Shown: positions 11,500 through 23,192 of the stretch, one piece after another
How positions within the stretch are numbered: position 1 is the first letter of the stretch
Layout of the letters: each line of letters starts with the position of its first letter
NCBI GenBank assembly: GCA_963779615.1
Contig: CAVZZA010000003.1
Span: 1-64,000 of the forward strand
Reading direction: 5' to 3'
Origin: an uncultured Nitrososphaeraceae archaeon
Lineage (GTDB): Archaea > Thermoproteota > Nitrososphaeria > Nitrososphaerales > Nitrososphaeraceae
Length of the DNA stretch: 64,000 bases
The notes under the pieces: model-generated
Databases searched by the model: none
Told to the model about the DNA's origin: nothing
Seen by the model: only the letters and a program-made list of their open reading frames with translations
Translations under genes and position numbers: made by a program

Positions 11500-13090
11500 A
11501 TACTTTTTGGATGGCAGAATGAAGGAAAATGCGGCCCCTTCACCATCTTTATTGTTTTCTGCCCATATATTTCCATTATGAGCTTTTAACATAACATACT
11601 CCTGCACATAAATAACCCCAATACCGTACCTTTTGTTGACTTTGTAGCAAATTTTCTAAACAATCGTGGCAATATTTCTTTATGGATACCTATTCCGGCG
11701 TCTTTAATGTTGACAATAACTTCCTAAATATCGCCATTTTTCCTCTCATCCGCAGTCCTATATATCCACCCCACCACCTTTGTCATCTTCAGTTAATTTT
11801 ACAGCATTGTTTAGAAGGTTAGTTACAACCTGAGTTATTCTTTGGCTGTCCACATTTATCATATAATGTTTTTTGTCTGTTTCATTATTCAGGAACCTAT
11901 TATCATTAATTCCCCTATTCTCAATATTATTTTTATAGTCATTACTATAGCGGATAACAAAATACTTAAATCAAGTTCCTCCTTACATGGTTTTACCATA
12001 TTGTTTTTAATTTTAGTAATGTCTAGCATATCCTCTGTAAGCCTTTGAAGCCCAGTGGCATTTCTTTTTAGAGTCCATCATGACATCTCTTGGTGCGGGA
12101 TGTTTTTGCAATAGATCGCAATAAGTGCCGGCTGGGTTGGTGCGAGTTCACAACCTGCTGTATTTATATATATTCAACTTGAATATTATCATGGATTTTT
12201 AATTGTCCATGTAATTTCACTTGAGTATACAGACTTTCAAAGATGGAAAAGCATGATATTGCCTTTGGTGTACTTGTAGAATATGTTGCCAATACTATAG
12301 CATCTATCACATTTACCTTCGAATCATCTTTTTTTTCTACTACCAATGATCCTGTTTTATCAACTACAAGTATGGTAGATATATTTACTTTAATATCTGA
12401 GGTTACTTCAAAATCCTTCATTGCAAAATTACTTGCTTTAACGTCTTCCATATGTTAGATCATTTTATCTATAACATAATTTGCTGGAGTCAGAATCCTT
12501 AAATCTATCCCTCATAATACTGCTGCCGCTTTCAAAAGATAAATTATTCCCATTTTTCCTACGCGAAGAAACGCATTAGTAGTTGGAAATAACATCTAGA
12601 TTCTTCTTTAACCGATTTAACTAGATTAATGAACAACTCTTTGTTTTTAAATGGAATTTGAATGAAATGTGTCAGTCCCAGCGGAACACCCTCCTCTATC
12701 TACTTAATTCCACATTCAGCTAAAGTAGACTTATTCCAAAAACTCCCAAATACATATTTTTGCTGTTCCGCAATATCTGGAACACTGCTATAGATGCTTT
12801 GTTGAAAAGTTCTCGTGAGTATAATTCCTGCACAAAGTCGAAGAGGCAAGATATTCTGACTCACTGACGGAAAGGTTTGCTTTAATTCCATCCAAATGAC
12901 GAACCCCTTATGAAAATTTCATTAGATCTTTACAATGAATGAAATTATCTTTGGTGATATCCACGATATACCTCAGTTTGATGCCACTTTTTATTTATAC
13001 AATAAGTTCAAGTGAAAAGCAAATAATGCTTTCTGAATAAATCCATGACATAAATATACACATTGCAATTAAAGGCTTATTCGGTCCTCA
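11500..13090 (-). pseudogene. Sensor histidine kinase pseudogene
   Basis: Fragments STILVVDKTGSLVVEKKDDS, QQKYVFGSFWNK, VKDAGIGI, KSTKGTVLGL and IWAENNKDGEGAAFSFILP, separated by many stops and shifts. Confidence 0.85.
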
Positions 13091-13352
13091 CGAATAAAGA
13101 AGAATATATCTCTCTCAGGTCAGTGTTATTCCAAGCATTCACCCATTCTTTATTTATTTCTTGACGAACGATACAAAAACCCACCATGAATTTATCTTAT
13201 ATACGTTTTATTAGAACATAATAAATTGGAATTATAAAATGAGGATTGATACTTGCTATTGAAAATATATACAAATATATTTTTAACTTACACTAAATAG
13301 AATTAGAAAACAAAAAAGGAATTGAGAAGTTAATTCTTGCCAAATATTGTTA

Positions 13353-13826
13353 TTACTGTCTGCCGTAATCCCATGTTGAAAAGTATTGAGGGGTTATCTC
13401 TAACACGACAGATTGACCTTCTTTTTGTGCATTGATAAGGGATTTGGACATAGGATGCTCAAGTGTTCCCAAATACTTGATTAATATCTTTTCTGCTATT
13501 GGTAAATTAAAACTGATATCTTCGTAAATATCGACAATTCCTTTTCCACGCACTCCCTTGTATGGGGGATTTGGTTTATCAATACAAAAGTAAACGTTTT
13601 TATTTTTCCTTAGATTGTTTGTTTTTTTTGCATTTTTTGATGTTTCACTATATAATTTACCATTCGTCGGATTGTAATAGTACCAGGCAGGATGAACATT
13701 TGGGTGGCCTTTATCATCTATAGTCCCAAGATGGATATTCAATATGCTTTCAGTTAAAAAATCTGTTATTTCTTGCTCGCTTAACTGGACACCAAATCCA
13801 GGGCTTGCATTAAAAATTTTCGTCAT
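13353..13826 (-). CDS. Pyridoxamine 5'-phosphate oxidase-like (putative F420-dependent) protein
   Basis: LGTIDDKGHPNVHPAWY, KKTNNLRKN, YKGVRGKG, STWDY. Confidence 0.9.
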   Translation of the reverse strand: MTKIFNASPGFGVQLSEQEITDFLTESILNIHLGTIDDKGHPNVHPAWYYYNPTNGKLYSETSKNAKKTNNLRKNKNVYFCIDKPNPPYKGVRGKGIVDIYEDISFNLPIAEKILIKYLGTLEHPMSKSLINAQKEGQSVVLEITPQYFSTWDYGRQ

Positions 13827-14396
13827 ATAATCTGATTCTTTTTCATTCCTATTTATTCATGGGGGTATCGATTTAATTTAAACGGAATGCCACCATAAAA
13901 CTAGAAAAACCATTCTCAGTTATTATAGGCAGCATTGGTTGGCAGAATTGAGACTTATAAACAACGATAATGACAAATACTATGGGGTTTACCCATCCAT
14001 TCAAAAACATAAGTTGAATTGTCACAACACTTATCTGAAACAATAGAGAAACCTTATTTTTATATTGGAACTGGGTCGTTGTAAGAACATTAAATCAACT
14101 TGAGCCAATTTTTATTCACCATGTTTTGTATTTTTTTTAAAACATAATCATTGAGATATTCTAATTATATCCCATCTTGAAAATACTATTATAGATAGTT
14201 ATAAAGTTACATTTATTTATCAAGCGGCATAAGCATGGTATCTGAAAGTAATTACTTTTCAAATAGTCAACCTGATCAAAAAATAAAAAATGTCATTCCA
14301 TCCTTTACAAAAACAATGCCCCCAACTATCTTTTTGCGTATCGCCTAAGAAACAACAAATTAAATAAAAACAACAACAAATAACCTTTAATACCAA

Positions 14397-14801
14397 ATGT
14401 CCATTACCTCCAAAAAGATTGTCTTAAGAGTACCGTCAAGAATAATATATAATGCACTAAAGGATACCCGATTGGAAAAAACTTTTCCAGAGTTTTTTAT
14501 TGGAATTTCTAAAAGAATCGTAAACGATAAGATGAATAGGGAGATAACTTTTAGAACAGTTACTCAAGATAATCAACTTGAAATTTATGAAACCTTCAAG
14601 TTAAAAATATCCGGCCAGAATAAAACCCAGATAGAATACCATACAAAAACAAATACAGATGAAAAAAGTGTGCTAATAGAATCAATAATACAGACACACA
14701 TAGCAAATGTTCTGTATGCATTTTTAATGTTGGAGACAGGTTACATCAATGGGATTGTAGAATTAAGCAATAAAGACAAATCTGAAAAGAAATCAAAATA
14801 A
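14397..14801 (+). CDS. Hypothetical protein, possibly SRPBCC-like
   Basis: 134-aa ORF; N-terminal strand-P-helix pattern and C-terminal helix. Confidence 0.7.
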   Translation: MSITSKKIVLRVPSRIIYNALKDTRLEKTFPEFFIGISKRIVNDKMNREITFRTVTQDNQLEIYETFKLKISGQNKTQIEYHTKTNTDEKSVLIESIIQTHIANVLYAFLMLETGYINGIVELSNKDKSEKKSK

Positions 14802-15112
14802 AATATGTTTTGAAAATAAGGTATGGCAGAACAAATTACGATATTTCAGAAAAGGAAGATTGCGCACACCATACATCCATAAAAAATCCAATACATTACT
14901 GATGCTGTTAACTTAAGACGTCATTATTTCCCATCATGACAATTAATGTAACGATTCAGTGGGGCAACATCGTTGTTCAGGTTTATGCTCCCCTATACCA
15001 TATACAAGAATGTCTTCAGAACTTTTATTACTATGCTAAAGTTTTAAAAAAATGGTTATTAAGAGTTTCGTTGAGCCTGCAAACCGACAATAAAAAATAA
15101 GAAAAGGAATCT

Positions 15113-16947
15113 TTATCTTTGATTGACAATATTTAATGCCAAACTGTTGTCTGCATTGAAATTGATTGTGCGTGCAGCACTATTCCATAACAATATCGTA
15201 TTGATATTGTTTACCGTTGATTGTTTTCCTACCTTTGGGATGACCCCTGACATAACTTCATTAAGGTTTACACTATAAAGTGAATGACCATCTGCCAGTC
15301 CAGATAGTCTTTGCTTATTTACTACTACTGCATTTGAAGCCTGTCCCCCTTGCAAATGTGCAACAACAACTTGAACCCGGTCATTTGGTAAATTAAGCAA
15401 AACAGTTCCATCCACCAAATGACATGGAGAAAGTGTAGCAATTACCCGCATACCCCCAGATGCCATTGTAGAAGGACCCAAAGATACAACTCGTTCTATT
15501 GGATTGCAAGATGATGTTGTGGTTATACTTCCGGTTCGATCAATGATTGTTATGTCGCCTGTTTGAGTTATTGTGTTACGATTACTTTTTTGGATTTTAT
15601 TGATATTATTGTATATTTGAGTATTGTTGCAAGAATTGATAATTTTTCCATAATTTGCTTGACACCTAGATTTTTGTTCGAAGTCATTATCGTGTGTTGA
15701 AGTTGGTGTACGTGTTGGAGTCGGTGTCCCGGTTGGAGTCGGTGTCCCGGTTGGAGTCGGTGTCCCGGTTGGAGTCGGTGTCCCGGTTGGAGTCGGTGTC
15801 CCGGTTGGAGTCGGTGTCCCGGTTGGAGTCGGTGTCCCGGTTGGAGTCGGTGTTCCGGTTGGAGTCGGTTGGAGTCGGGTCCGGTTGGAGTTCCGGTTGG
15901 AGTCGGTGTCCCGGTTGGAGTCGGTGTCCCGGTTGGAGTCGGTGTCCCGGTTGGGAAAGTAGGGAGAGTGAATGTAGGGAACGGGAATCCACCAAAAAAT
16001 CCTTGAGGGGTATTTGTTGGAGTTGGGGACACAAATCCGTCTGTTGGGGGGGTTGTAGGTGTCTCTGTTGGAGTTGGGGACACAAATCCGTCTGTTGGGG
16101 GGGTTGTAGGTGTCTCTGTTGGAGTTGGGGGCACAAATCCGTCTGTTGGAGTTGGGGGCACAAATTCGTCTGTTGGAGTTGGGGGCACAAATTCGTCTGT
16201 TGGAGTTGGGGGCACAAATTCGTCTGATGGTGGTGTTGTGGATGTTTGGGGCTCATTTGAAGATAGGTCATCGTCGACTATACCCAAGCCTTCGCCTGTG
16301 TCAGCGCTATCTGCCACGGGATTGCCTCCACCTTCGCCTGTGTCAGCGCTATCTGCCACGGGATTGCCTCCACCTTCGCCTGTGTCAGCGCTATCTGCCA
16401 CGGGATTGCCTCCACCTTCGCCTGTGTCAGCGCTATCTGCCACGGGATTGCCTCCGCCTTCGCCTGTGTCAGCGCTATCTGCCACGGGATTGCCTCCGCC
16501 TTCGCTACCGCCGCTGCCGCCTTCGCTACCGCCGCTGCCGCCTTCGCTACCGCCGCTGCCGCCTTCGCTACCGCCGCTGCCGCCTTCGCTACCGCCGCTG
16601 CCGCCTTCGCTACCGCCGCTGCCGCCTTCGCTACCGCCGCTGCCGCCTTCGCTACCGCCGCTGCCGCCTTCGCTACCGCCGCTGCCGCCTTCGCTACCGC
16701 CGCTGCCGCCTTCGCTACCGCCGCTGCCGCCTTCGCTACCGCCGCTGCTTACTGTTGCAAATGCTGTGTATTTATTGGAATTACTGTCAATTAATGTTAC
16801 AGATAATGAATTTAAAGTGCTTGAAGACAAAAGATCCATGGATATGGGGCTTGCCGTGAGAGTGACTGCAAAAAATGATGCCAAGGCAATCACCCATATC
16901 TTAATTATTTTATCTTTAATAAGCATAATCCAATACGATGTAATCAT
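15113..16947 (-). CDS. Secreted repeat protein 1 (GSGGSEG, NPVADSADTGEGGG, DEFVPPTPT and TPTGTP repeats + unique C-terminal domain); frameshifted at ~15865-15895
   Basis: Signal peptide in ORF 15568..16947. The TPTGTP frame continues (THDNDFEQKSRCQ...SSCNPIERVVSL) into ORF 15113..15481. Confidence 0.82.
15713..15952. repeat. 18-bp tandem repeat GTTGGAGTCGGTGTCCCG, with scrambled units mid-array
   Basis: Directly visible. Confidence 0.95.
16289..16748. repeat. 42-bp tandem repeat (~5 copies) followed by 21-bp repeat CCTTCGCTACCGCCGCTGCCG (~12 copies)
   Basis: Directly visible; coding repeats. Confidence 0.95.
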
Positions 16948-17223
16948 TGTGCTATATATGATTTTTCCTTAAGTTTTTTTATAATTCTCTTTAATACATA
17001 GTTAAATTTGATAAAATAATTTATAGTGTGAAATAACAATATGTTGAGTTGTCACAGTAACAAATTACCCACTTGATTATCTTTTTACCTTTTATGATAT
17101 ATGCAATGATTAGATATTCCTACTAATGAAATGAGAGATTTTAATCAAAAGGAAAAGTAAATGGTAAATGAATTCGGTAAAAGATTGAAAAAAGAAGGGT
17201 TGGTTTCGCCAATGTATTTGCTG

Positions 17224-18666
17224 TCAAGAGCCTTGGTACTCCAGCCTCAAGAACACCGGATTCCAATTCTGGGCGGACTTCAGTGCCTTCAGGTTGAAGA
17301 CACCATATTGTTGGCTAACCAGTTTTGCCGGTGTTACGGAGCCTTCCTTGTATGTGCCTACGTTGTTGCCAAGCGCGTCATAGAACGTTGCTGTAACTTT
17401 TATGTTGTTTATCGCATTCTTGACAACGTTTTGGACCTTGCCGCTTATCACCCAATTTCCTTTACCGTCCGGAGTGGTTGTAAGGTCAAAGGTGTTGAAT
17501 TTGTTTTGCTGCAGCTCGCATTGGAAGTCTTTTGCAACATGGCAGAATTGTCTGCTATCAAGCAGTAACAGGAATGCCGGGGTTTTTCCCAATTGCCTTT
17601 GGATTACATTGTCCGTGAAGAAGTTCTTTATTGTGGTTGATGTTGGAGCTGTTATGTAGTTGATTATATTTTGTCGGTAGACCGGATATTTGTTCACATA
17701 GACTTTTTTAGTCTTGACATCTGTCACAGTGCAGTATACAGTCTTTGATGAATTAGTTGAGGAATCTGTGCCTTCTTTGCAATTTTTGTTTAGAACACAT
17801 GTTTGTGATTTGCTGTCATAGTGATATGCACCGGTACAATCAGACGGTTTAGGTGTTGGTGTTGGTGTTGGTGTTGGTGTTGGTGTTGGTGTTGGTGTTG
17901 GTGTTGGTGTTGGTGTTGGTGTTGGTGTTGGTGTTGGATTTCCTTTACTCCAGCATTTGCCTGTCTCATCATAGTCGTGTTTTTCGTATCCTGAAGGACA
18001 CGGTTTATCTGGAAAACAATTCCCGTCGCCATTCATGTTGAATCCAGAAGGGCATTTTCCATCTTCACCAGGTGCACATTTTGGTAAACCAGGTTCAAAG
18101 AGACACTCATCATCAGGTGTTGGTGTTGGTGTCGCAGTTGGTGTTGGTGTCGCAGTTGGTGTTGGTGTCGCAGTTGGTGTTGGTGTCGCGGTTGGTGTCG
18201 GTGTTTCGGTTGGTGTCGGTGTTTCGGTTGGTGTCGGTGTTTCGGTTGGTGTCGGTGTTTCGGTTGGTGTTTCGGTTGGTGTTTCGGTTGGTGTTTCGGT
18301 TGGTGTTTCGGTTGGTGTTTCGGTTGGTGTTTCGGTTGGTGTTTCGGTTGGTGTTAAATCATCAGCAGAGCCTGTTGTTTCGGTTGCTGGTGTTGGTGTT
18401 AAATCCTCGCTTTCTGCCACGGGATTGCCTCCGCCTTCGCCTGTGTCATCGCTTTCTGCCACGGGATTGCCTCCGCCTTCGCCTGTGTCATCGCTTTCTG
18501 CCACGGGATTGCCTCCGCCTTCGCTACCGCCGCTGCCGCCAGAAGATGATGATGTTGTTGCATTCGCTAAATAATTATTAGTGGAACCCGCACTGATTAC
18601 GCATAAAATTGTAAAAAGTAAAAGTCCCTGAACTATTCGTTCTTTGAGTATCCTCTTATAAGACAT
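17224..18666 (-). CDS. Secreted repeat protein 2 (Pro/Thr mucin-like stalk, 6-Cys module, C-terminal FxLYD domain)
   Basis: Intact ORF, start probably MSYKR at 18666. Signal peptide; TPTE/PTAT/PT repeats; GKVQN...[17 protein letters not shown] FxLYD motif. Confidence 0.9.
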   Translation of the reverse strand: MSYKRILKERIVQGLLLFTILCVISAGSTNNYLANATTSSSSGGSGGSEGGGNPVAESDDTGEGGGNPVAESDDTGEGGGNPVAESEDLTPTPATETTGSADDLTPTETPTETPTETPTETPTETPTETPTETPTETPTPTETPTPTETPTPTETPTPTATPTPTATPTPTATPTPTATPTPTPDDECLFEPGLPKCAPGEDGKCPSGFNMNGDGNCFPDKPCPSGYEKHDYDETGKCWSKGNPTPTPTPTPTPTPTPTPTPTPTPTPTPTPKPSDCTGAYHYDSKSQTCVLNKNCKEGTDSSTNSSKTVYCTVTDVKTKKVYVNKYPVYRQNIINYITAPTSTTIKNFFTDNVIQRQLGKTPAFLLLLDSRQFCHVAKDFQCELQQNKFNTFDLTTTPDGKGNWVISGKVQNVVKNAINNIKVTATFYDALGNNVGTYKEGSVTPAKLVSQQYGVFNLKALKSAQNWNPVFLRLEYQGS

Positions 18667-19409
18667 ATTTACTATGCAATTAAACACTAATCCTATAGTT
18701 AAAAACATACCACATAAAAATACCTTAAAAAGGATATAGAAAAATATAGGTATAGATTATTTTATATTTTTTTTCTGAATAATTTTAAAAATTTTTTTTA
18801 ATGTTAAGTATATCCTAAATTATACTATTCTAAAATATGGATCCTGATTATGGAAAAGAAAAATAGGAAGTGTTATTATAATAGAACTGGTAGTTTTATG
18901 TTCACAGGTTATGATTACAAATTAGTATTAATCATTGTTTTGTGAAAGTAAATAAACGCTAGGCATTAAGTTCCCATAGATATAAATAACAGAATTAATA
19001 GCAATTTTTCAAATTACTTCTTGACTGATGATTTCCATCAATAATAAACTTCAATTATTTATGAGAATCAGATTGATTAATCAGATTGAAGAAGTGTTTT
19101 TTTTATAACTTAAGGAACGAATTAAATATTCAATTATCAAAAACCTCTGAATTGTAAGTATAATCATAACTGTTGAAATGCTAAATTTTACTGCATTTGA
19201 TTTTTATAGCATTTACAATTATTCTAATAAAAAAATATCAATATCGATATCAAATTGATAAGAAAGTTGATATAATAATACATAGGGCTTGTAATCCTAA
19301 ACCTTCTTCTTTTACATCTACTCTACAAATATGATAAAATTTGAATATTGATTTTTGGGGTATTAAAACCAGGAAAAAAGAAGGGTTGGTTTCGCCAATG
19401 TATTTGCTG

Positions 19410-22400
19410 TCAAGAGCCTTGGTACTCCAGCCTCAAGAACACCGGATTCCAATTCTGGGCGGACTTCAGTGCCTTCAGGTTGAAGACACCATATTGTTGG
19501 CTAACCAGTTTTGCCGGTGTTACGGAGCCTTCCTTGTATGTGCCTACGTTGTTGCCAAGCGCGTCATAGAACGTTGCTGTAACTTTTATGTTGTTTATCG
19601 CATTCTTGACAACGTTTTGGACCTTGCCGCTTATCACCCAATTTCCTTTACCGTCCGGAGTGGTTGTAAGGTCAAAGGTGTTGAATTTGTTTTGCTGCAG
19701 ATCACATTGGAAGTCTTTTGCAACATGGCAGAATTGTCTGGTATCAAGTAGTAACTGGAATGCCGGGGTTTTTCCCAATTGCCTTTGGATTACATTGTCC
19801 GTGAAGAAGTTCTTTATTGTCTTTGAGGTTACCGTTGATAACGTTGATGTTGGATCTTGGTAATCCAGCCTCAAGAACACCGGATTCCAATTCTGGGCGG
19901 GCTTCAGTACATTCAGGTTGAAGACACCATATTGTTGGCTAACCAGTTTTGCCAGTGTTACGGAGCCTTGCTTGTATGTGCCTACGTTGTTGCCAAGCGC
20001 GTCATAGAACGTTGCTGTAACTTTTATGTTGTTTATCGCATTCTTGACAACGTTTTGGACCTTGCCGCTTATCACCCAATTTCCTTTACCGTCCGGAGTG
20101 GTTGTAAGGTCAAAGGTGTTGAATTTGTTTTGCTGCAGCTCGCATTGGAAGTCTTTTGCAACATGACAAATCTGTTTGGTATCAAGCAGTAACAGGAATG
20201 CCGGAGTTTTTCCCAATTGCCTTTGGATTACATTGTCCGTGAAGAAGTTCTTCAATATTTGTATGTTTACTGTTGATGTTGGAGCTGTTATGTAGTTGAT
20301 TATATTTTGTCGGTAGACCGGATATTTGTTCACATAGACTTTTTTAGTCTTGACATCTGTCACAGTGCAGTATACAGTCTTTGATGGGTTAGTTGAGGAA
20401 TCTGTGCCTTCTTTGCAATTATTGTTTAGAACACATGTTTGTGATTTGCTGTCATAGTGATATGCACCGGTACAATCAGACGGTTTTGGTGTAGGTGTAG
20501 GTGTTGGTGTTGGTGAGTTGGTGTTGGTGTTGGTGTTGGTGTTGGTGTTGGATTTCCTTTACTCCAGCATTTGCCTGTCTCATCATAGTCATGGTTTTCG
20601 TATCCTGAAGGACACGGTTTATCGGGAAAACAATTCCCGTCGCCATTCATGTTGAATCCAGAAGGGCATTTTCCATCTTCACCAGGTGCACATTTTGGTA
20701 AACCAGGTTCAAAGAGACACTCGTCATCAGGTGTAGGTGTAGGTGTAGGTGTAGGTGTTGGTGTTGGTGTTGGTGTTGGTGTTGGTGTTGGTGTTGGTGT
20801 TGGTGTTGGATTTCCTTTACTCCAGCATTTGCCTGTCTCATCATAGTCATGGTTTTCGTATCCTGAAGGACACGGTTTATCGGGAAAACAATTCCCGTCG
20901 CCATTCATGTTGAATCCAGAAGGGCATTTTCCATCTTCACCAGGTGCACATTTTGGTAAACCAGGTTCAAAGAGACACTCGTCATCAGGCTGGGATAGTG
21001 TAGGTGTTGGTGTTGGTGTAGCAGTTGGTGTTGGTGTAGCAGTTGGTGTTGGTGTAGCAGTTGGTGTTGGTGTAGCAGTTGGTGTTGGTGTAGCAGTTGG
21101 TGTTGGTGTAGCAGTTGGTGTTGGTGTAGCAGTTGGTGTTGGTGTAGCAGTTGGTGTTGGTGTAGCAGTTGGTGTTGGTGTAGCAGTTGGTGTTGGTGTA
21201 GCAGTTGGTGTTGGTTTTGCAGTTGGTGTTGGTGTAGCAGTTGGTGTTGGTGTAGCAGTTGGTGTTGGTGTCGCAGTTGGTGTTGAAGTGACTGCAGAAA
21301 GTGCAGAAGTTGGAGTTGGTGTTGGTGTAGCAGTTGGTGTTGGTGTCGCAGTTGGTGTTGGTGTCGCAGTTGGTGTTGGTGTCGCAGTTGGTGTTGGTGT
21401 CGCAGTTGGTGTTGGTGTCGCAGTTGGTGTTGGTGTCGCAGTTGGTGTTGGTGTCGCAGTTGGTGTTGGTGTCGCAGTTGGTGTTGGTGTCGCAGTTGGT
21501 GTTGGTGTCGCAGTTGGTGTTGGTGTTGGAGTCGCAGTTGGGAGTGTATCACCATCTGTAGAGGCTATTGTGGGGGATTTCGGGAGTTCTAATATGACAT
21601 CATCTTCTGTTGAAGACGTACCCTTTGTATCTATTACGTATCCAGGTGGTAGAGATGGATCTCTCACGGTTCCAGGAGGTAGGGATGTTGGTGTTGGTGT
21701 AGCAGTTGGTGTTGGTGTAGCAGTTGGTGTTGGTGCGGATGGTAGAATAACTGGGGTTGGTGGTGTAGGTGTTGGTGTAGGTGTTGGTGTCGCAGTTGGT
21801 GTTGGTGTCGCAGTTGGTGTTGGTGTCGCAGTTGGTGTTGGTGTCGCAGTTGGTGTTGGTGTCGCAGTTGGTGTTGGTGTCGCAGTTGGTGTTGGTGTCG
21901 CAGTTGGTGTTGGTGTCGCAGTTGGTGTTGGTGTCGCAGTTGGTGTTGAAGTGACGCCAGAAAGTGCAGAAGTTGGAGTCGGTGTAGGTGTCGGTGTAGT
22001 TGTTGGTGGGGTTATTGTTGTTCCGGTTGGTGTTGGTGTTGAGGTGACGCCAGAAAGTGCAGAAGTTGGAGTCGGTGTTGAAGTGACGCCAGAAAGTGCA
22101 GAAGTTGGAGTCGGTGTTGAAGTGACGCCAGAAAGTGCAGAAGTTGGAGTCGGTGTTACATCCTCGCTTGCTGCCACGGGATTGCCTCCGCCTTCGCCCG
22201 TGTCACCGCTTGCTGCCACGGGATTGCCTACGCTACCGCTGCTGCCGCCTACGCTACCGCTGCTGCCGCCTACGCTACCGCTGCTGCCGCCTACGCTACC
22301 GCTGCTGCCGCCTACGCTACCGCTGCTGCCGCCTACGCTACCGCTGCTGCCGCCTACGCTACCGCTGCTGCCGCCTACGCTACCGCTGCTGCCGCCTACG

Positions 22401-22982
22401 CTACCGCTGCTGCCGCCTACGCTACCGCTGCAGCCGCCGTCAGACCGCCGTCAGAACCGCCGTCAGAACCGCCGTCAGAACCGCCGTCAGAACCGCCGTC
22501 AGAACCGCCGTCAGAACCGCCGTCAGAACCGCCGTCAGAACCGCCGTCAGAACCGCCGTCAGAACGCCGTCAGAACCGCCGTCAGAACCGCCGTCAGAAC
22601 CGCCGTCAGAACCGCCGTCAGAACCGCCGTCAGAACCGCCGTCAGAACCGCCGTCAGAACCGCCGTCAGAACCGCCGTCAGAACCGCCGTCAGAACCGCC
22701 GTCAGAACCGCCGTCAGAACCGCCGTCAGAACCGCCGTCAGAACCGCCGTCAGAACCGCCGTCAGAACCGCCGTCAGAACCGCCGTCAGAACCGCCGTCA
22801 GAACCGCCGTCAGAACGCCCGTCAGAACCGCCGTCAGAACCGCCGTCAGAACCGCCGTCAGAACCGCCGTCAGAAGATGATGATGAGGTTGTTGCATTCG
22901 CTAAATAATTATTAGTGGAACCCGCACTGATTACGCATAAAATTGTAAAAAGTAAAAGTCCCTGAACTATTCGTTCTTTCAA
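19410..22982 (-). CDS. Secreted repeat protein 3 (~1190 aa if repaired: SDGG and GSSGSVG repeats, PT stalk, 2 Cys modules, 2 FxLYD domains); frameshifts at ~22565, ~22444 and ~20515
   Basis: ORFs 22440..22982, 20426..22219 and 19410..20363 are collinear with protein 2; the signal-peptide DNA is identical; all indels lie inside tandem repeats. Confidence 0.85.
22226..22875. repeat. 21-bp repeat (~10 copies) and 12-bp repeat GTCAGAACCGCC (~36 copies)
   Basis: Directly visible; two 12-bp units lack one base. Confidence 0.97.
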
Positions 22983-23192
22983 TTAATTGTATAAACCACA
23001 TCTAATATAATAATTGCACTAATATGTCGTGTAAACACATATCAAAGAAAATGTTCTGGCGAGAAATACCATAGATTATTTAATTTAAAAGGAACATCAT
23101 CTTTTTCATAAATTACAAAATGAAGGTTTGGGATATACGTTGTTAGCCCTGACCTAATGACCCCGAATTAACCTTGCTGCTTCTGTTTATTG

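Noticed and set aside
16289-16748. Repeat arrays as a CRISPR
   Set aside because: Head-to-tail coding repeats with no unique spacers and no cas genes.
17224-20250. Three near-identical FxLYD copies as DGR template/variable repeats
   Set aside because: No reverse transcriptase in the window, the differences are not adenine-specific, and all copies are in-frame coding.
15694-22908. Long plus-strand and alternative-frame ORFs (e.g. 20907..22880 VGVGVA, 16110..16859 RLRYRRC, HQHQ and VLTA repeats)
   Set aside because: Shadow frames of stop-free tandem repeats. The minus-strand frame has the signal peptides and real domains.
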